From positions 14,567-70,473 of the forward strand of contig NW_014040262.1 of NCBI RefSeq assembly GCF_001186125.1: a stretch of 55,907 nt of DNA, written 5' to 3'. Numbering within the stretch: position 1 is the stretch's first letter; every line of letters starts with the position of its first letter. Both the position numbers and the translations under genes were made by a program. Below are positions 12,901 to 27,826 of the stretch, in pieces. The DNA comes from Sphaeroforma arctica JP610 (taxonomy: Eukaryota). The notes beneath the pieces were generated by a model. That model had not been told where the DNA came from and did no database searches. It was given only the letters and a program-made list of their open reading frames with translations.

Positions 12901-15900
12901 ACCCACACGAAGAGGGCCAGAGTATCATTCGCCTCCTCTTCATTGATATAACTGCCGTGCACATTTTGTTCTATGCCATCCACATTGGCAAACATGTACG
13001 GCCCAAACACTTTCTGGTACACCGGCCTCCCGGTGTGCGTAGAGGAGTGGTTTGTTAGCTGCCCTTCATAGAACTGCTTCGATGGAAAGGAGGCGATCTC
13101 CGGGTGCATGCGATACTGCACCGTCAGTAGCTCCACGGGACTGTGGCAGGTGATTGAGCATTGGGTTTAGCTCTTACGATATATGAATTATGCATGAACG
13201 TATTGATAGAAACGCATTGTTCCATGACGTGAACGACCATTGTTGAGATGCATATTTAATTAGAAGTAGAGGAAGTTCATGCCGACAGGAATTTGAGGTT
13301 GTATCTCTGGACACAGTTTGTGTAATGAAGTGTGATCAGCAGGGACTGACATAAGCCACCAGAGAAGAGAACACATCAGTATTCAAATGTTTGTGATACT
13401 TACCTGTGCTTATTCTCTGACTGCTGAAGGAAATACACCTGCATCCTTCTGAACATGCTGCGCTCGTATCCTAACTCCCTGCATCGCAATCAAATGACTC
13501 ATGATTGAGCGGTCGACAACTCCATGGTGTAAGCAGCCTTTGGTAGACCTTGAAACACATGTATGTGTATATCATACTCAAATGTGCAAACAAGACACCA
13601 AACCGAAGAACGATACCAACGTGATATGTGAGAAATCGTATATTTCACATAATTATGTGAGCTTCACATACTTGGAGATCTTGGATTGGACTGTGGCTGG
13701 CAGCTGATTGGGGTCGCCCACCATGACGCATTTGCGTCCGTTATGCTGCAGTGCAATTAGCACATCCAGTTCTGTAGACTGCGCTGCCTCATCAATGACC
13801 GTAAACCTGTGCGCGAGTGTTGATATCATGAGTGTATGAGCGCAAGCAATTGAGCGGACATAGACGTTAAACGATTTCTGAAGGAGCAAAGATGGGGTCG
13901 AATAGAGCTATGGTAGTAACGTCAGGGCGTGCACAGGGACATTTTGATTGAACTTCACACGCCAGCATTAAGTATATACATTGTGACCATTTTGGGGTAG
14001 ATTCAGTAGCACGTTAGTATCGTGATGGACAGTGAAATCACACTTTATACGTTACATCCTGTATGAAAGCAAATAAGCAAACTTCCCAAACAGTGCGAGA
14101 GAGGAAATTTCTACCAACAGAATGCAACAATTATATCTTGGCAGAAATCATACCCGATATCGATGTGCGCCCTTACATACGCATCATTCCCGGACCCTAT
14201 GTCATGCAGTAGAAGAGTGTGTCACGGTTATGTGCGTGTGAAATACTGGCAGAGAAAACGGTGCACAGGACCTAATGGCGGGCGCTGAAAACAAACACCG
14301 ACAGCGTCCATTGTTTGTAGTTCATGTACGACACTCCAGAACCTTGGGCCCAACTTGGAAAAGAATAGCTCAGGATTATTGTGAAGTTGGAACTTCGCAG
14401 ATTGATATTTGACACGCAGACAGATGGGATATTAAAGTATAGCGGATACGAGCCACAAGGTACTGTACAAAATTGACACACCACGCACCGTTCAATGTGG
14501 TTGCTATGATCTCTGCACCCTCCAGTATGGTAACTTTCTCTTGTTCGCGTAGCCTACCCATATTTCTGTACATTTTCTCCCGCGCTGTCTTCGCTGTTAT
14601 ATATGTGGTTTTCGCGCTGCAATATATGTCAAAAGTCAAAAGCCAAAAGAGTCAAAAGATGAGCGCGTGTCCAGTATATGTGACCTGCCGGAGATTGGCA
14701 TAGATCAGTCTACAGCTAGCAATTAGAATGCGTGCAATAGCAAACTTCTTGAACAAGAGCATGGTCTGCCATAAATAGAGGCGCTAGAGGTACATAACAA
14801 ACTACAAGACACATCATATGGTTTTAAGGAGCAATGTACCAGGTTGCGCGAGTACTATGCATCTTGTAGGAGGACTAAGCAGGTACTGGGAAAACCTATA
14901 CAAGTACACTGAAGTACCCCAAAACTACGACGACAACGTCTACAATGACAATCGAAACAATCCATGCCTTGGCCTTTTCTGACATAGGTATTATACTACA
15001 CTGCGTAGCTATCAGTTTAAAACTATACACATATCTAATAGTTTCATAATATTGGTCGACTTTGAATAGCCTACAAATTCAATAAAAATAATGGGTATCC
15101 AACTTGACACAATGATGACGGAAACCTACATACAAATGCGAGTATTTTCCCTTTTTTTTCAAATCACCTTCCATACCCCACACAAGCGAAACGCAGCGCG
15201 ATAAATCATGACGCAGACCATAACTCCCTTCTTCCTTGAAGCCAGAAGATAGTTTACTTAAATTGACAGCAACAAGGGCTCACACACCCGATTATGAACC
15301 ATGCAATGCAGGTACAGTAGACAATAATTGTTTAGAGATCACCCACTTACTCTTGCTGTGCTTTGCTAAGCGCGATCCATTGAGTGTCACTCTGATGACC
15401 GGAAGTACTGCATGGAGCACACAAAGTGATAATTTGAGGCACGGCATAAGTTGAAGCAGTAGAAGAAAGACAAAGTTATGAAGGCGTACTTGCTAGAGTA
15501 CACAAATACTTGCGTGTCCCACGCACGTTTGTACATCTCATAGATTATCTGTTGCACCCCCAGAATCCCGTGCCAAAATTTGAAAAGCATTTACTGAAAC
15601 CAACGACAGCTAACAAGGTATAAACAACACGAACAACCTCAAGGGTCTGTACATGCGTATGCAATATGCGCATCTTAAATATGATATGGGTGTCATCAGC
15701 TCGTTATAACATCCAAATATAGTTCTTTTGAACGGACTTGCCCATTCTCCTTGAGGTAGGAAAGTCGTTCGTTGGTGAGGCGTTTCGCATCACTGTGTAG
15801 TTTCCCTTTTTCCTTCTGTAGCTCATTGAGGGCTTCCAACTTCTTTTTCAGCGCGTCGAGCGGTACCTTTGCCTGTGCGGAATATTTTAAAAATGTGTCA

Positions 15901-18900
15901 ATATGCCTATGCAAATATGCATTTCTGAAAATGTGTGCTTGTGTAACAAAGCAGATTAGCGTGAAGGCATGGTGGATTGTGAATTGACCAGCCCCATTTC
16001 TTGTTTATCAGACATACCAGTGTATTCCAGGATCTTGACATTACCCGTTCATCCATCTTCCTCTCATCGCCGACTCTCACGATGACTGGATGCTTTATAT
16101 CTGTACCCATGTCAAGGCCCTGATATGGTTTGGATACCCAGGAATATGCAACTCAGATTGACCTCAATAAGAACAGCAGTTCGTCGATGGCAATTCACGA
16201 CATATCACACATATATACGCACACTACCGACATGTAACACACATACACGCATGCTCATAAACAACCAAGCGCTCATCCTACCGATTTTATACCCAAACAC
16301 GTGACACTGAGACACACCCCTATAAATACGCGGAAAACATACCTACCAAGGGATAGAAACATACAAATACTATGTAAATACTCAATTACATAGTCGTACC
16401 ACATCAAGGATACGCCGGACGACCTCATCCACAGCTGCATTCGATGGCGCACACAGCAGCACACGCGGCTTGTGAGGTAGATACGGCTGTTTGAAAAACG
16501 CGGCCAGTAAACCTAGGATGGTGCGCGTTTTGCCTGTGCCCGGAGGTCCCTGCGATAAGGATAGCATGTAGACGTTTGCTCAAGGGATGGAGTGTGGCTT
16601 TATATCACTTTGAACATTGCTTGGATGATAGAAACGGAGGCTCACAACACTGAGAAAAACAGATCAATTAAAGAGTATGCCATATATGGCTTTGGTTATG
16701 TCTCGCCCACTTCTTGTTGTATCAGATGACTACACCTCGAAACAGCTAACAGGCGCATGGGGTACCCATGGAGCTGGGCACATCTACGTCACATCAGCTA
16801 TTTGCCCAAACATACACGGAACAACTGTACTAGTGCATATCACTACATACGACAGATACGTGGAGCGACTATTACGTGGATGTGATTACTAGTGTGAGAC
16901 ATGTTCACATATGCGCACGTGCACACGCTAGAACAATTTGTCTACTCACACATTCAAAAAAGCATTTATCTCTCTCTCCCCTCTCTCGCCAATTATATTC
17001 ATACCTGAATCATAGTAATGCCATCGTATGCAATCGAATTGCGGATGGCTTGTAACTGTGGTCTGTTATACTGCTGGTGGCGGCGGTTGGCGAGATGGCT
17101 TGTCGCCTCGTGTGCGATAGCATCCCCTCGAAGAGCCATCGCCGGCAGTTTTGGTTTGATCACACAGTTTATCAAAGGTGAGTTACCTGCAAATATATAT
17201 ACCACCAATATAAAGGTGTCAAACGAAGGCAGCGACATAATTTTACGATGGGTAAAAGAGAGCGCACAAGTTCTAATCAAAGTGCTTGCTGCCTGAGAGG
17301 ACAGTAATACCTGAGGTGATGAATGAGATATACCTCTGTCCACAAATACGAGAGTTGCATTCACCGGGAAATACCGACAATATAATTCAAACATTATGTT
17401 GGCACGTACCACCAAACAAAACACACACTATAAAGCAATAATTGGCTCTGCATAAATTGCCAAAAACGCAGACAAACACATTCAGTGACATATCAGCCCA
17501 AGTCCAAGGAGCATCACCGGCGCAAGTACCGCAGTTGACCAGTGCCTGGTATTGCCGGATGATTGGTCTGATGTTCGCCAGTTTGGACACATGATAGTCC
17601 TGATTTATCCGGAAGTTTCCGGTCAGGGTGCCCACACGAAACGTCTTCTCCATCTCGGCATCTGTGTGCACCGAGGATTTAAAGGAGTATAGAAAGATAT
17701 GATATGTTCATGTCCCCATCGGGAGGCGATAGTGGATGAATACGTTTTCAACCCATCGGTCAGGACATACAAATCAATGACAATGTGATATAAACCATTG
17801 ACCTACTTTGAGTAATATGCTTGTATATGGTATAACGTGCACTGCTGTCGGCAACCCTCGTCATTGACATCATCTATGCAAGCGCTGTCAAATAACGTCG
17901 TCTACATGTATATCTTAATACAATTAATATATACAATCGATTCGCCACGACAAAATTACCCTAATGAGCAGCTCACAATGGATGTATCACATTAGAATGT
18001 CCAAATTTTGTTGCGTAATTTAAGCTTGCCATTCGCGTAGGTAAACACACGCACAAATATAGGGTACACACTGTAATGCAGTTTGATAACAAGGAACTTG
18101 TCTTTGTCGCTTTTCCATCTGGGAGTTTCTTGCACTAATCCAAGAAGGTGTGGAGGCACTCCAGATGTTCGATCTATCTCGGGTGAGGCAGCAGTTCCGC
18201 TGTATTTGTTTATGAACAACGGTGTGATGTTAGTGCGTACGAGATCACAAAATATATGAGATAAAAATAGCAGAGCGCACATACACGCTTTAAAAGCAAA
18301 TTTGGATAACTTACATGCAATGATAGTGGACCATTTATTTAATTTGTAGATGAGGAACAAGAGTGTACAATCAATAGCAGATAAGGGTCAGATACTTTGG
18401 CGCTTTGAAAATACCATTGTTGATCGAGTTCGTTCTTGTCACGAACACATTCGATAATGTTGCTACACCTGCCTAAGCGTGTATAAATGTAATAACTGTG
18501 AGCCCATGAAACACGTGCTGATGTCCTCTGTTAGTGAGTAGACACACTTGCTACTTTTTTGACTGCCCGTCCCAATATACCGGACTGATCTCAGTCATAT
18601 ACCGGAATGCGAGACAAAAACACTGCACTTGATAAGACTTCCGACAGAAATATACTTAGGGTCTGCAACTATAAAATATTCCAGAAATCAGCATGTGCTG
18701 ATCCCCACACGCGCATACTCTCCAAAATAAATGGCGTATTTACTTCCCAAAACTTTCACATACTCTGCATTCGTCTTGGGTGGTCTGCTGATTACCACCA
18801 CATCATCGACCCCATACTCACAGTCGATTATGGCCTGGCTAGGCGCAAAGCGGAGAAGCCAGAACTCGCCGTCTTTTCTGATGTCTGTGAAACAATATAA

Positions 18901-21900
18901 ATTACTTAATTTATTCCTCATACGTTGTGCAAGTTCGCTTTCTGTTCAATAGAGATAAGCAGCAAGAGTACCATGTAAAAATTCCAGAAAAAAAATTGTA
19001 CGCTGTTTCTATGCACATATCTGGGGCGAATGTTCAATTTTGACCTCAAGGCTATCTTAGAATCGAGACTAGATCCGATAAAATATTATCTATTAGAATA
19101 CATAAAAAGCTACAAAGGGGAAAGGCCGATCATACCTCCAAGACAGAAGCCATCGTTACCAAATATTCGCTCACTCCCGAAGTCAGATTCATTTCTAAGT
19201 GAATCGGCAAACTCGACCTGCAAAGCAACACATTGCGGACACAATTGAAATGTGAGTGACGTAACGGGCGAACCATTGAATCGTCCGATAATTAACTGAT
19301 TATATTCTGACATGAAATTATTAAATCAATGAGAACTATTTACTGACAGATTGCTAAACGGTGAGTGTACTCGATTGTCTTCTCTAATCGGGATGCAAGA
19401 GTTACGCAGATAAGCAGAACCTCAATATCTAAGGGCTTCTTTTATGAGCCCATACGAAACTACAAAACAGGCACATGGAGATTTTTGTGATCGACTTAGT
19501 CAATATATTTAGGGTTTTTGGCTAAGGTAAAATATGTATATCTAATAGAATCACTAGCGCTGGCGATGATAAAGGTATATCAAGGGTTACCGCAACACTT
19601 CAGTCGATGACCGACTTATATCGAAATGAACATAATACAAATCCAGGGTCACAGCCAGGCGAAATATTCCAATACTCGGGAAGAGCATACACAGCTCGTG
19701 GATTATACTTAAAAGAGCCGAGGAAAAGATATGACACCACAATTAAACAAAAACAGAACAGGAAACGATACTTCAATTTTCAAATACGCTTACGATTAGA
19801 AATGGAGTGAAGATCCTCCTGTAGTGCGCGTAGTCGTCGAAGGCCAAAGGGATAACATCCTTCGGCTTGTCGTCTTTGACTACCAACTGAGTCAAACTGT
19901 CGTCCTTGTCTGCCTTCCGCAAATGCCACATCAGCACTGTATGTCAAGGCAGCAGTACTATCGGGTGAGATCTTTAGTACGCTGCTATACACCAGCTATA
20001 ACTATGGTATAAACATAGCTATAACTATGGTATATGTGTAGCTATCACTATATTATATACTTAGCTATAACTATAGTATATACATAGCTGTAACTGTGGT
20101 ATATACTTAACTATAAATGTGATATACACATAGCCATAACTATGATGTATACATAGCTATAACTATGGTATATACATAGCTATCACTATGGTATATTGAT
20201 CATCCTCTTTTGCTTTCCGCAGGTGCCACATCAGTACTGAATATAGGTAGAAACAAACTCCGCTGGAGCACAGTAGTTCAACATCCTACCAAGATTGGTA
20301 TTCATACTTAACGGTTGTTATTACAAGGGCTATCTCCCATACTTTGCGTAAAATTCACGCAATCCACAATAAGATCAAACCAACGAAACACCAACACGCG
20401 GTATCACCCACGTCTCACCTTGTTTGAAAAGATCAACAATGACCAACGTAGATTCAGGTTTAGTAACCATCGCTGGCCTCTCTTTCTGAACGAATTTGGG
20501 CGTTGAAGGCAGCTCAACCACAGTAACCTTTGCACCTTTTCGACTCCAAGTCGCAAGAGCTTTGGCTAATCTGTCCTCCTGGGGTTTACCGGAGAAACTG
20601 CCCCCGAATGATCCCAACTATAGCAGAGAATGCAACGCTTAAAAGTGAGCGGGCATCAAGTGTCTATAAAAAAATCTTGTGAATACATCTAGTGCACAAA
20701 CTCAATAAACTAACTTTCAAGCTCAAATGCAAAGCGTTCTACGCCATACGACACCCATATATCGTAAGGCCACACTCCAAACCTTTGTAGGAGCCCCTTT
20801 AGAGAATGTAAGATCAGGGATTGTAGGGGGTGTTGGAGCGGTGACAGTTGGTTGCTTGAGCCCTTGCTCCTTCAGTCGGGCAGAGGCTGAGGTCGCTTTG
20901 GGCATTTTATTACTGTATTAAGCGATGATTTTTCAAGTCAATCCATTACTGTTTCAAGTGATAATTCGTACAGGTCAAGCAAAGGGCCAGGATCCGTGAG
21001 GAAATCGTGTCGTACATTACACTGAAATGAATCACCCAGAATCTCGAATACTGTCCAACGAGCAGACAAGAACATAGCAACGCGTCAAACCGTTGTTGGC
21101 AACGAAACACCGCTAGTTTATACATACAAAACCAGTGTGCACAATTCATATTCACACTTTCTCGTTCGAATCACTTACTCTTCCGATTCTCCGAAGTCCG
21201 CGAATCTCGAAAGCAGAGAGGGCTGGGCATGTTTGGTAGACCGCCTGGCAGCTGCTTGAAACCCAGAAGTTCCGAACATCCTGTGCACAGGTAGCAGAAC
21301 AGATGAGACTCTCAGCTGACTTTTCAAGAATTGATTTATCAGACGTGTGTCCAACAACAGGCTGAGATGCAGATTAAAGCATTCAATGCCAATCAATTCC
21401 AAAACAATTCATGTGTTAAGTACATATATATGATTTGTTGGCTCACCTGTGCGAGCCCAGGGCATCCCTAGCGTTAGTGGTTCCGAGTGCGCTGTTTTTG
21501 TTTTTGGCATTGGACTTTTTTCTTAGCACGTCTAAAAAGTTTTTGTTTTTCTTCTTAGCAGGCGCCTTTCTAGTTGCCGTCGACCCGTTACTTGTTTTGT
21601 ACACATCATATTTACCTGCGCGTGTTCAAACGACGCGTTAGTTTGTTTATTGATATCGAACTGGTGCATTTGGGTTGGGCACTCGACGGAAACATGTGTT
21701 TATTCAACCTCAGAATGAATCAACGTGTATTTATTTTGAGTCTCATAGACGCTTGTGTGCATAAAACCAACAAATAAAATGTCGAGTGTGCCCTCACGGT
21801 GACCTACATATGTGCACCATTCAGCTGACACAAGATGCTGCGCCAATGGCAACGCTATCTGCTAGACCATAAACATTTTTGCGATGGTCAACATTATATA

Positions 21901-24900
21901 CCTGGCATATTGGTAGCAACCTTCTCTCACATGTCGGTTATACAAACAATTGTACTAGATAATCACAGCAGCTAGGAGCACTTGACGTACACCGGTAACT
22001 TGGCGGGAAAACATGTGTAGTGAATACATTTACCTTCATTACTACCATTCAACCTTGTCTTGCCTCAATACTATTGCATGCCCGTATTAGTACCCTTTTC
22101 TAGACTTGTGCTTTTGCTTGCAGCTTGGCAAATTTCTAGAATGTCGTGGATCGGGTTGCGCCCAAAAAGTGCACTGAATATGTATAACTGACTTTCTTAC
22201 TATATATTTTTTATACTCTCAAACACACCCACATAAACATATAGTGTCATATTTGTCTGCATAGAAACACATACTGATTTTTTTGGTCTTTAGTATTTTA
22301 GGTAATGTGATTGGAGCTGGCAGTGGGGCCACATCACTCGCTGAGGTGGTTGTAGGTGACGACGAACCAGACCGTACAGTATAGGCCTTGGCACGTTGTC
22401 GCGTACCTGCGTCACACACAGTGAGTTCAAGTTACAGCATGAGTGGATGTGCGCCTGAGTTAAAAACATGCCGGTACGAGAATGTAAGCCCCCCTGGGGA
22501 TCTAAGGATATACAAAAGAAAACACGCGCATGGATGTACCGCATTGCAGCAGACTCACAAGATCGAATTCGTTTCCAGCATGTAGGAAAGGCTTGTACCA
22601 GACCGTGTCGTAGAAATTGTACCATGTTATAATTGAAATTGATGCTTACAGAAGTATTCTATCATTTATTCAGGCGGTTTATGCATGCTGTCGTCAACAA
22701 ACAGGTCTATGATGACGAAAACTTCCTATAAAGAATTACGAGACCAAATTGTCCCATAAATATGATTACCAAGGAAGACACGCACGAGTTCTGCTCGCCG
22801 ATTTAAGATTGATCCCATGATAAGATTAAGTCGTTTTGGAAAACGTCCAGATGTAGGGCCGCGTACGTGTACGCATGTGTCTTCAACCATACTCCAAAAT
22901 ATCATAAAAATCTCACGGACTAACAAACAATTTAGCATCTGAAAACACGCGCCATGCAACAGGTACGACACAATACAACCACCAGGATCACACACCAGAT
23001 TCCCACGGGTCTGCATCTGTTTCTCCTTCCTCTTCCTCTTCCTCCTCTTCCTCCTCTTCGTCGTCATCCATCTTGATCAGCTGCGCTTTGACCTTCCTTT
23101 GCAGATTGAGCATCTGTCACCGAAATGAAATATACGGCAACATGTTTAAGTTTGATCAATATTGTAGCTATTCACGACACTGCCGGTTAATTCGTTTAGT
23201 GTAGTCAAAACAGAACATAACAAGCCATATATGATTACAGCTGGCTATGATACAGTAGCTTGTTCATTTCAACTTATATGCGCACACTTAGTGGAAAAAG
23301 ACTGTGTTCTCACAGACGCTCATACCTACACAATTCAGTACATGCATAACATAAACATCAATCGCAACCATGGCAACTATATGCAAGAGAGTCTTGAAAA
23401 ACCGATTTTCACTTACATCTAATTGGTTGCACAAGGCGGAGCGAATGGATATGCTCATATTTACATCCTGAGATGTAAATATACCTGGATACAAGTACAA
23501 GAAAGTACTCTAATGCTGAACGTATCACGATCAGGATGTTACATCAAAATATTAATTTGAAAACAATTGAGGAAAACCCCGTTTACTTCACTTACGCAAA
23601 CCTACACAACACGAAGTACGCTCACAACGTCCTGTTCAGGGGTGTATGAAGCCATACACATGTAGGAAGACCGACTCGATGATCAGTAGCGCAGATTACT
23701 TTATAATAAAGACTCTCTCCCACACAAGAATGCTTCACCGTGTAAGAAACTCATGTTTGTGCCCAACTTGCTTACATCGTCATCAAAATGATAGTCCAGC
23801 GTATTCAGTGTGTCGTACGTGCGGAATATCATGCCGAGTACTGACCGCCTCACGCTGTCATCTGTGATCATACCAAGTTCTCTGGAGGAAATGACGCTAA
23901 ATTATTGAGACGACATTCGGCTGAGGCCAACTTTTTGCGATACATAGCAATGGAATGACTGATATCTAGCTCTCATTCTATCCAGAACGCGAGAACATCT
24001 CGAAACACAGCCAGTTCACATATCTCGAGTAAAGTTTTAGTACGTCTCTCGATAAAGTACGGTATCGCGCCACGGTCCCGAGAAAATAAAACTACCAATT
24101 TTCTAGCTAAAGGCACGAGACTTACGCGATTATGTGGGGCATCCAAAGCGCATGCTGGTCCAAGTAAACTTTGGAGGCACCGTTAAAGAAGAATGTCTGG
24201 ATGTAGCCGTGTACGCTGCAGTAGCCAGAATAGTGCCAGAGTTGTCAATATTGCGGATGGTAAGGGAAAGATACAAAGGGAGGCATTGATGACAATTAGG
24301 TAGAGTATTCCATCGCAAGTATAGTCTAAAGAGAGGAGATTATCAGCCGTCAAGGAGTCACCTGTTTCAATGGCCGCTCAGCACTAACACTCGGCCTCTT
24401 GCTCACGCACATAGACAATCCGACTCTGAGCCTACTTATATGGAAAACACTTAAACCCACACACAAAATGTAATTCACCATCTGCATAGATATGTGCACG
24501 AACACAGTGCTACACTAAAGGGATGTTGAGATACTGGTACATACGTACGTGTGCGCAGACACCAGCAACAGGGCTCAGACATACTCGAGATAGCTGAATA
24601 CTTCACTGAAGCGAACAAAGCACTTCACAGCCAACGCTCGGATCTCTTTCGAGCCCCAGCAGAAATGTACTAAGATTGCATCCAACACGCTCTGCGTGTT
24701 GTATCCGCTGTTATTCTCGTCAATATTGCCAGTAGATCCCGTAAAGAGCTGGATATATGCATAAGATACCCGCGTTTAGACAAAAAAGTTGCGTTCGTGA
24801 GCTCAATTCAATATATATACATCTATCTAATGAGCAATTGTATCACAAGCGACATAAATGAGACTTATCAACCGGTAGCTTAAAAATACTGGCGACGAAA

Positions 24901-27791
24901 TTCATCAAGTAAACATCAAAGTAGGTACTCGTATATAACTTTACAACTAAATGGATGCAACACAATACAAAGAATGTTTATAAAAAAAACTAAGCTACAG
25001 ATCACAGTATATTCTTAACGTAAACAATTTCATTCTCACACTTGTGTAAACCACTACATGCACATATACCCATAGCAAAATGAAAAAGTACCAACTTGCA
25101 AATTTGATTGTGTGCACACACCTGTTTCATGCAGTCCCGATCAGTTTCGTCTGAGATTTTTGTCAGAACGGACTGAAGAGTTTTAGCTGTGCAGCCGAGG
25201 AGTCACGACGATTATTCATGAGGGAGCGAACAACTTATGTGGACATCGTTGTCAGGGTTTAGGGTTTTTCCTATCGAATATATTGGCTTCCAAAAAACAG
25301 TACAAACATCGTTGGTTCAAAATTCGAGAAAGGAATCACGCACAGTAGTAGAAACGATGCCACGGTGTAGGTTATACAACACATATACTTCTCACATACT
25401 GAAACAGTCGAGGGCTCGCTGTGCTCTTTGGTTGGGTGTGCTCTGATTGCGATCTACATTAGTCAGTTGCCCCCTGATAAAGATTCAAACCATAAACAAC
25501 AAGTCACTCAAGAGTATTGTCGAAAGACTCGGTTGTATACCGCATGGATAACAATGCAATGTTCATATGTACTGCTTGCCAAAAAACTTCTTGTTTTCCT
25601 GAGGCAAATAGACTTGCACAAAGGGACATTACTATATAGAATTTATGTACAAAATTGATTGCATTTCGCACACGAGCGTAGCTGTTTTTGTGTATAAGTT
25701 ACCTAATATTTTCATTATCCTATGACTAGTCATTTACTGACAGACAACCATTTAATGATACAGAGACTGAGATTAATCTTCGAACAGATCAAATAAAATG
25801 AATGCAAGATTAAAAATATAAATTATAGTTTATACTCCGCGAGTGTGCTTGGCTCTGTCCTGAATACGCGTACAGCGTTCCTGGTATGTCTTGCAAGTAC
25901 GCAACTGACAATACATGCAAATATAACATACATATCACACAAAGCATTACCGACATACCTAGATAGTGAGATGAGTATATATAGCATCACATCAGTCGGC
26001 AGATCCTCAAGCTGCAATGGATATGACATACATGAATGGGCAGACGAAAAAAAGCTCATGAATCACATACTTGGAAATTTATACATATGTATGAGTAAAA
26101 TTTGTGAGAATATTGTAAAAACCGAGGTTTTGAGTGGTTCTTAAATATCCCTCATAGCCCTGCGATTGGGTATGGCTAGGTGATTGCAGGCGAGAGATAC
26201 AGATATATGCGAGAAGAACAACCAAACAGCTTCACCACGCTTCTTGTACTTCATCGGTAATGAACGCACCTTTGATTCGGCTATAACAGACCAAAGTTTG
26301 CTACACACAACGTATCGGTCTTGGATGTCATTAGCAATGTAGTTCTCCATATCTTTCTCGAGAACATACAGCAGCACCGTCACACACTTGCGCCAGTACT
26401 GCTGAGACACCGTGTCTTTTTCCAGCCCTATAGTGATAAATCATATATGTCCTGGGAGTGAGCTCTCAAATCAAAGTGTGCTTTGTTCTTGCGTGTAAAC
26501 GGAGTTGAACTTTTCCGGTGTAGGCAGAGATATTCACATCCAAAGGCAAGAACGACTCAGAGGATATAACTCGGCACCATTTATGTACAATTTCTGTGTT
26601 GACTATGTGTGGCTTTCTTATGTCAAAGGCTAGATATAAATGCACACGATCCAGCTACGCTAGAGATATAAGCAGTATAATCAAGCCCGATGCGAGAACC
26701 ACTGGTCAACAGCTCACCTTCTTTTGACTGCGCGTTGTGCTGCTGCATGCCATGTACCATGCGAGCCACCCATATATCCGCAGCCGACAATATAAAATTC
26801 TGCTTATTGTCTGTGTAGAACACCTCCACTATACTGATCACCAGTTCGTTCATAAGCACTCGTACGTCGTCAGGGTACGTGGAATCGCTGTTCAATAGCA
26901 CGAGCCTATTGAAAAGCTTGCCGGTTGCTGGCTGTGTAAGGAATTAGCTTTCAGAATTGAGACAAGACTTGCAACGATTCAAAAGAGTACAATTGGAAAA
27001 ATGACTGGCAAATATAAGTTGTGATAATCAGCACAAGCCATATTGTCAGCAGATCTTGTCGCCAATGATAGATTTTCGAATCGAACGAACATATTCATAT
27101 ACTATGCATTAACACATCGTATTTTATCGATAGTTGTCTAGAATAATACATTCCCCGATAAATGTTGTAGAGCACCATCACATGCATAAATAATTTTATA
27201 TACGCAAATTCCTCGAATTCAAGTATACCATTCTGTGTCACACAATATGAGAAGCCAACCACAATATACAACCATGCGATGAGAATTGTATATTGTATGT
27301 CTCAACTTCTACTTGCATATACTCGCAGCGTAGAATGAAAGCAATATCTAGGTACGAGAATTCTGTACAGACCATGCATATGTGATAGTTTCTATCGTCA
27401 AACCATCGTTTCATATGTACACGAGTAGTATTGAGCGAGTAGTGACCAATACCTGAGACCGTGTATATAAAACTACACTCGAAACCTGCAGCTCAACTAC
27501 GAAGGCTTGCCTAACGAACGAAAGTTACGTGGATGCAGCATCATACTCCAAATTGTCAGAAGACCGACAATAGAAGATGCCTCAACCGCATCCCTGTCTT
27601 ACCGATATGCGGGCCATGAGCTCCACGAATTCCTGGCACACATTCTGGAGATAAGTACAGTACATGTGCGCATGCTGTGGCGTCCAGCCCAGTACAACGT
27701 CGAATTTTGCGCGCTCATGACTATCGGGTGTGAGACATCTGCCGGTTATTTACCAGTGAAGCCGTATTCCAATTAGGCTCCACACAATCGA

Positions 27792-27826
<35 letters not shown>

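Noticed and set aside
19994..20196. CRISPR-like regular repeat
   Set aside because: Head-to-tail units with no unique spacers, inside a eukaryotic intron, and no cas genes.
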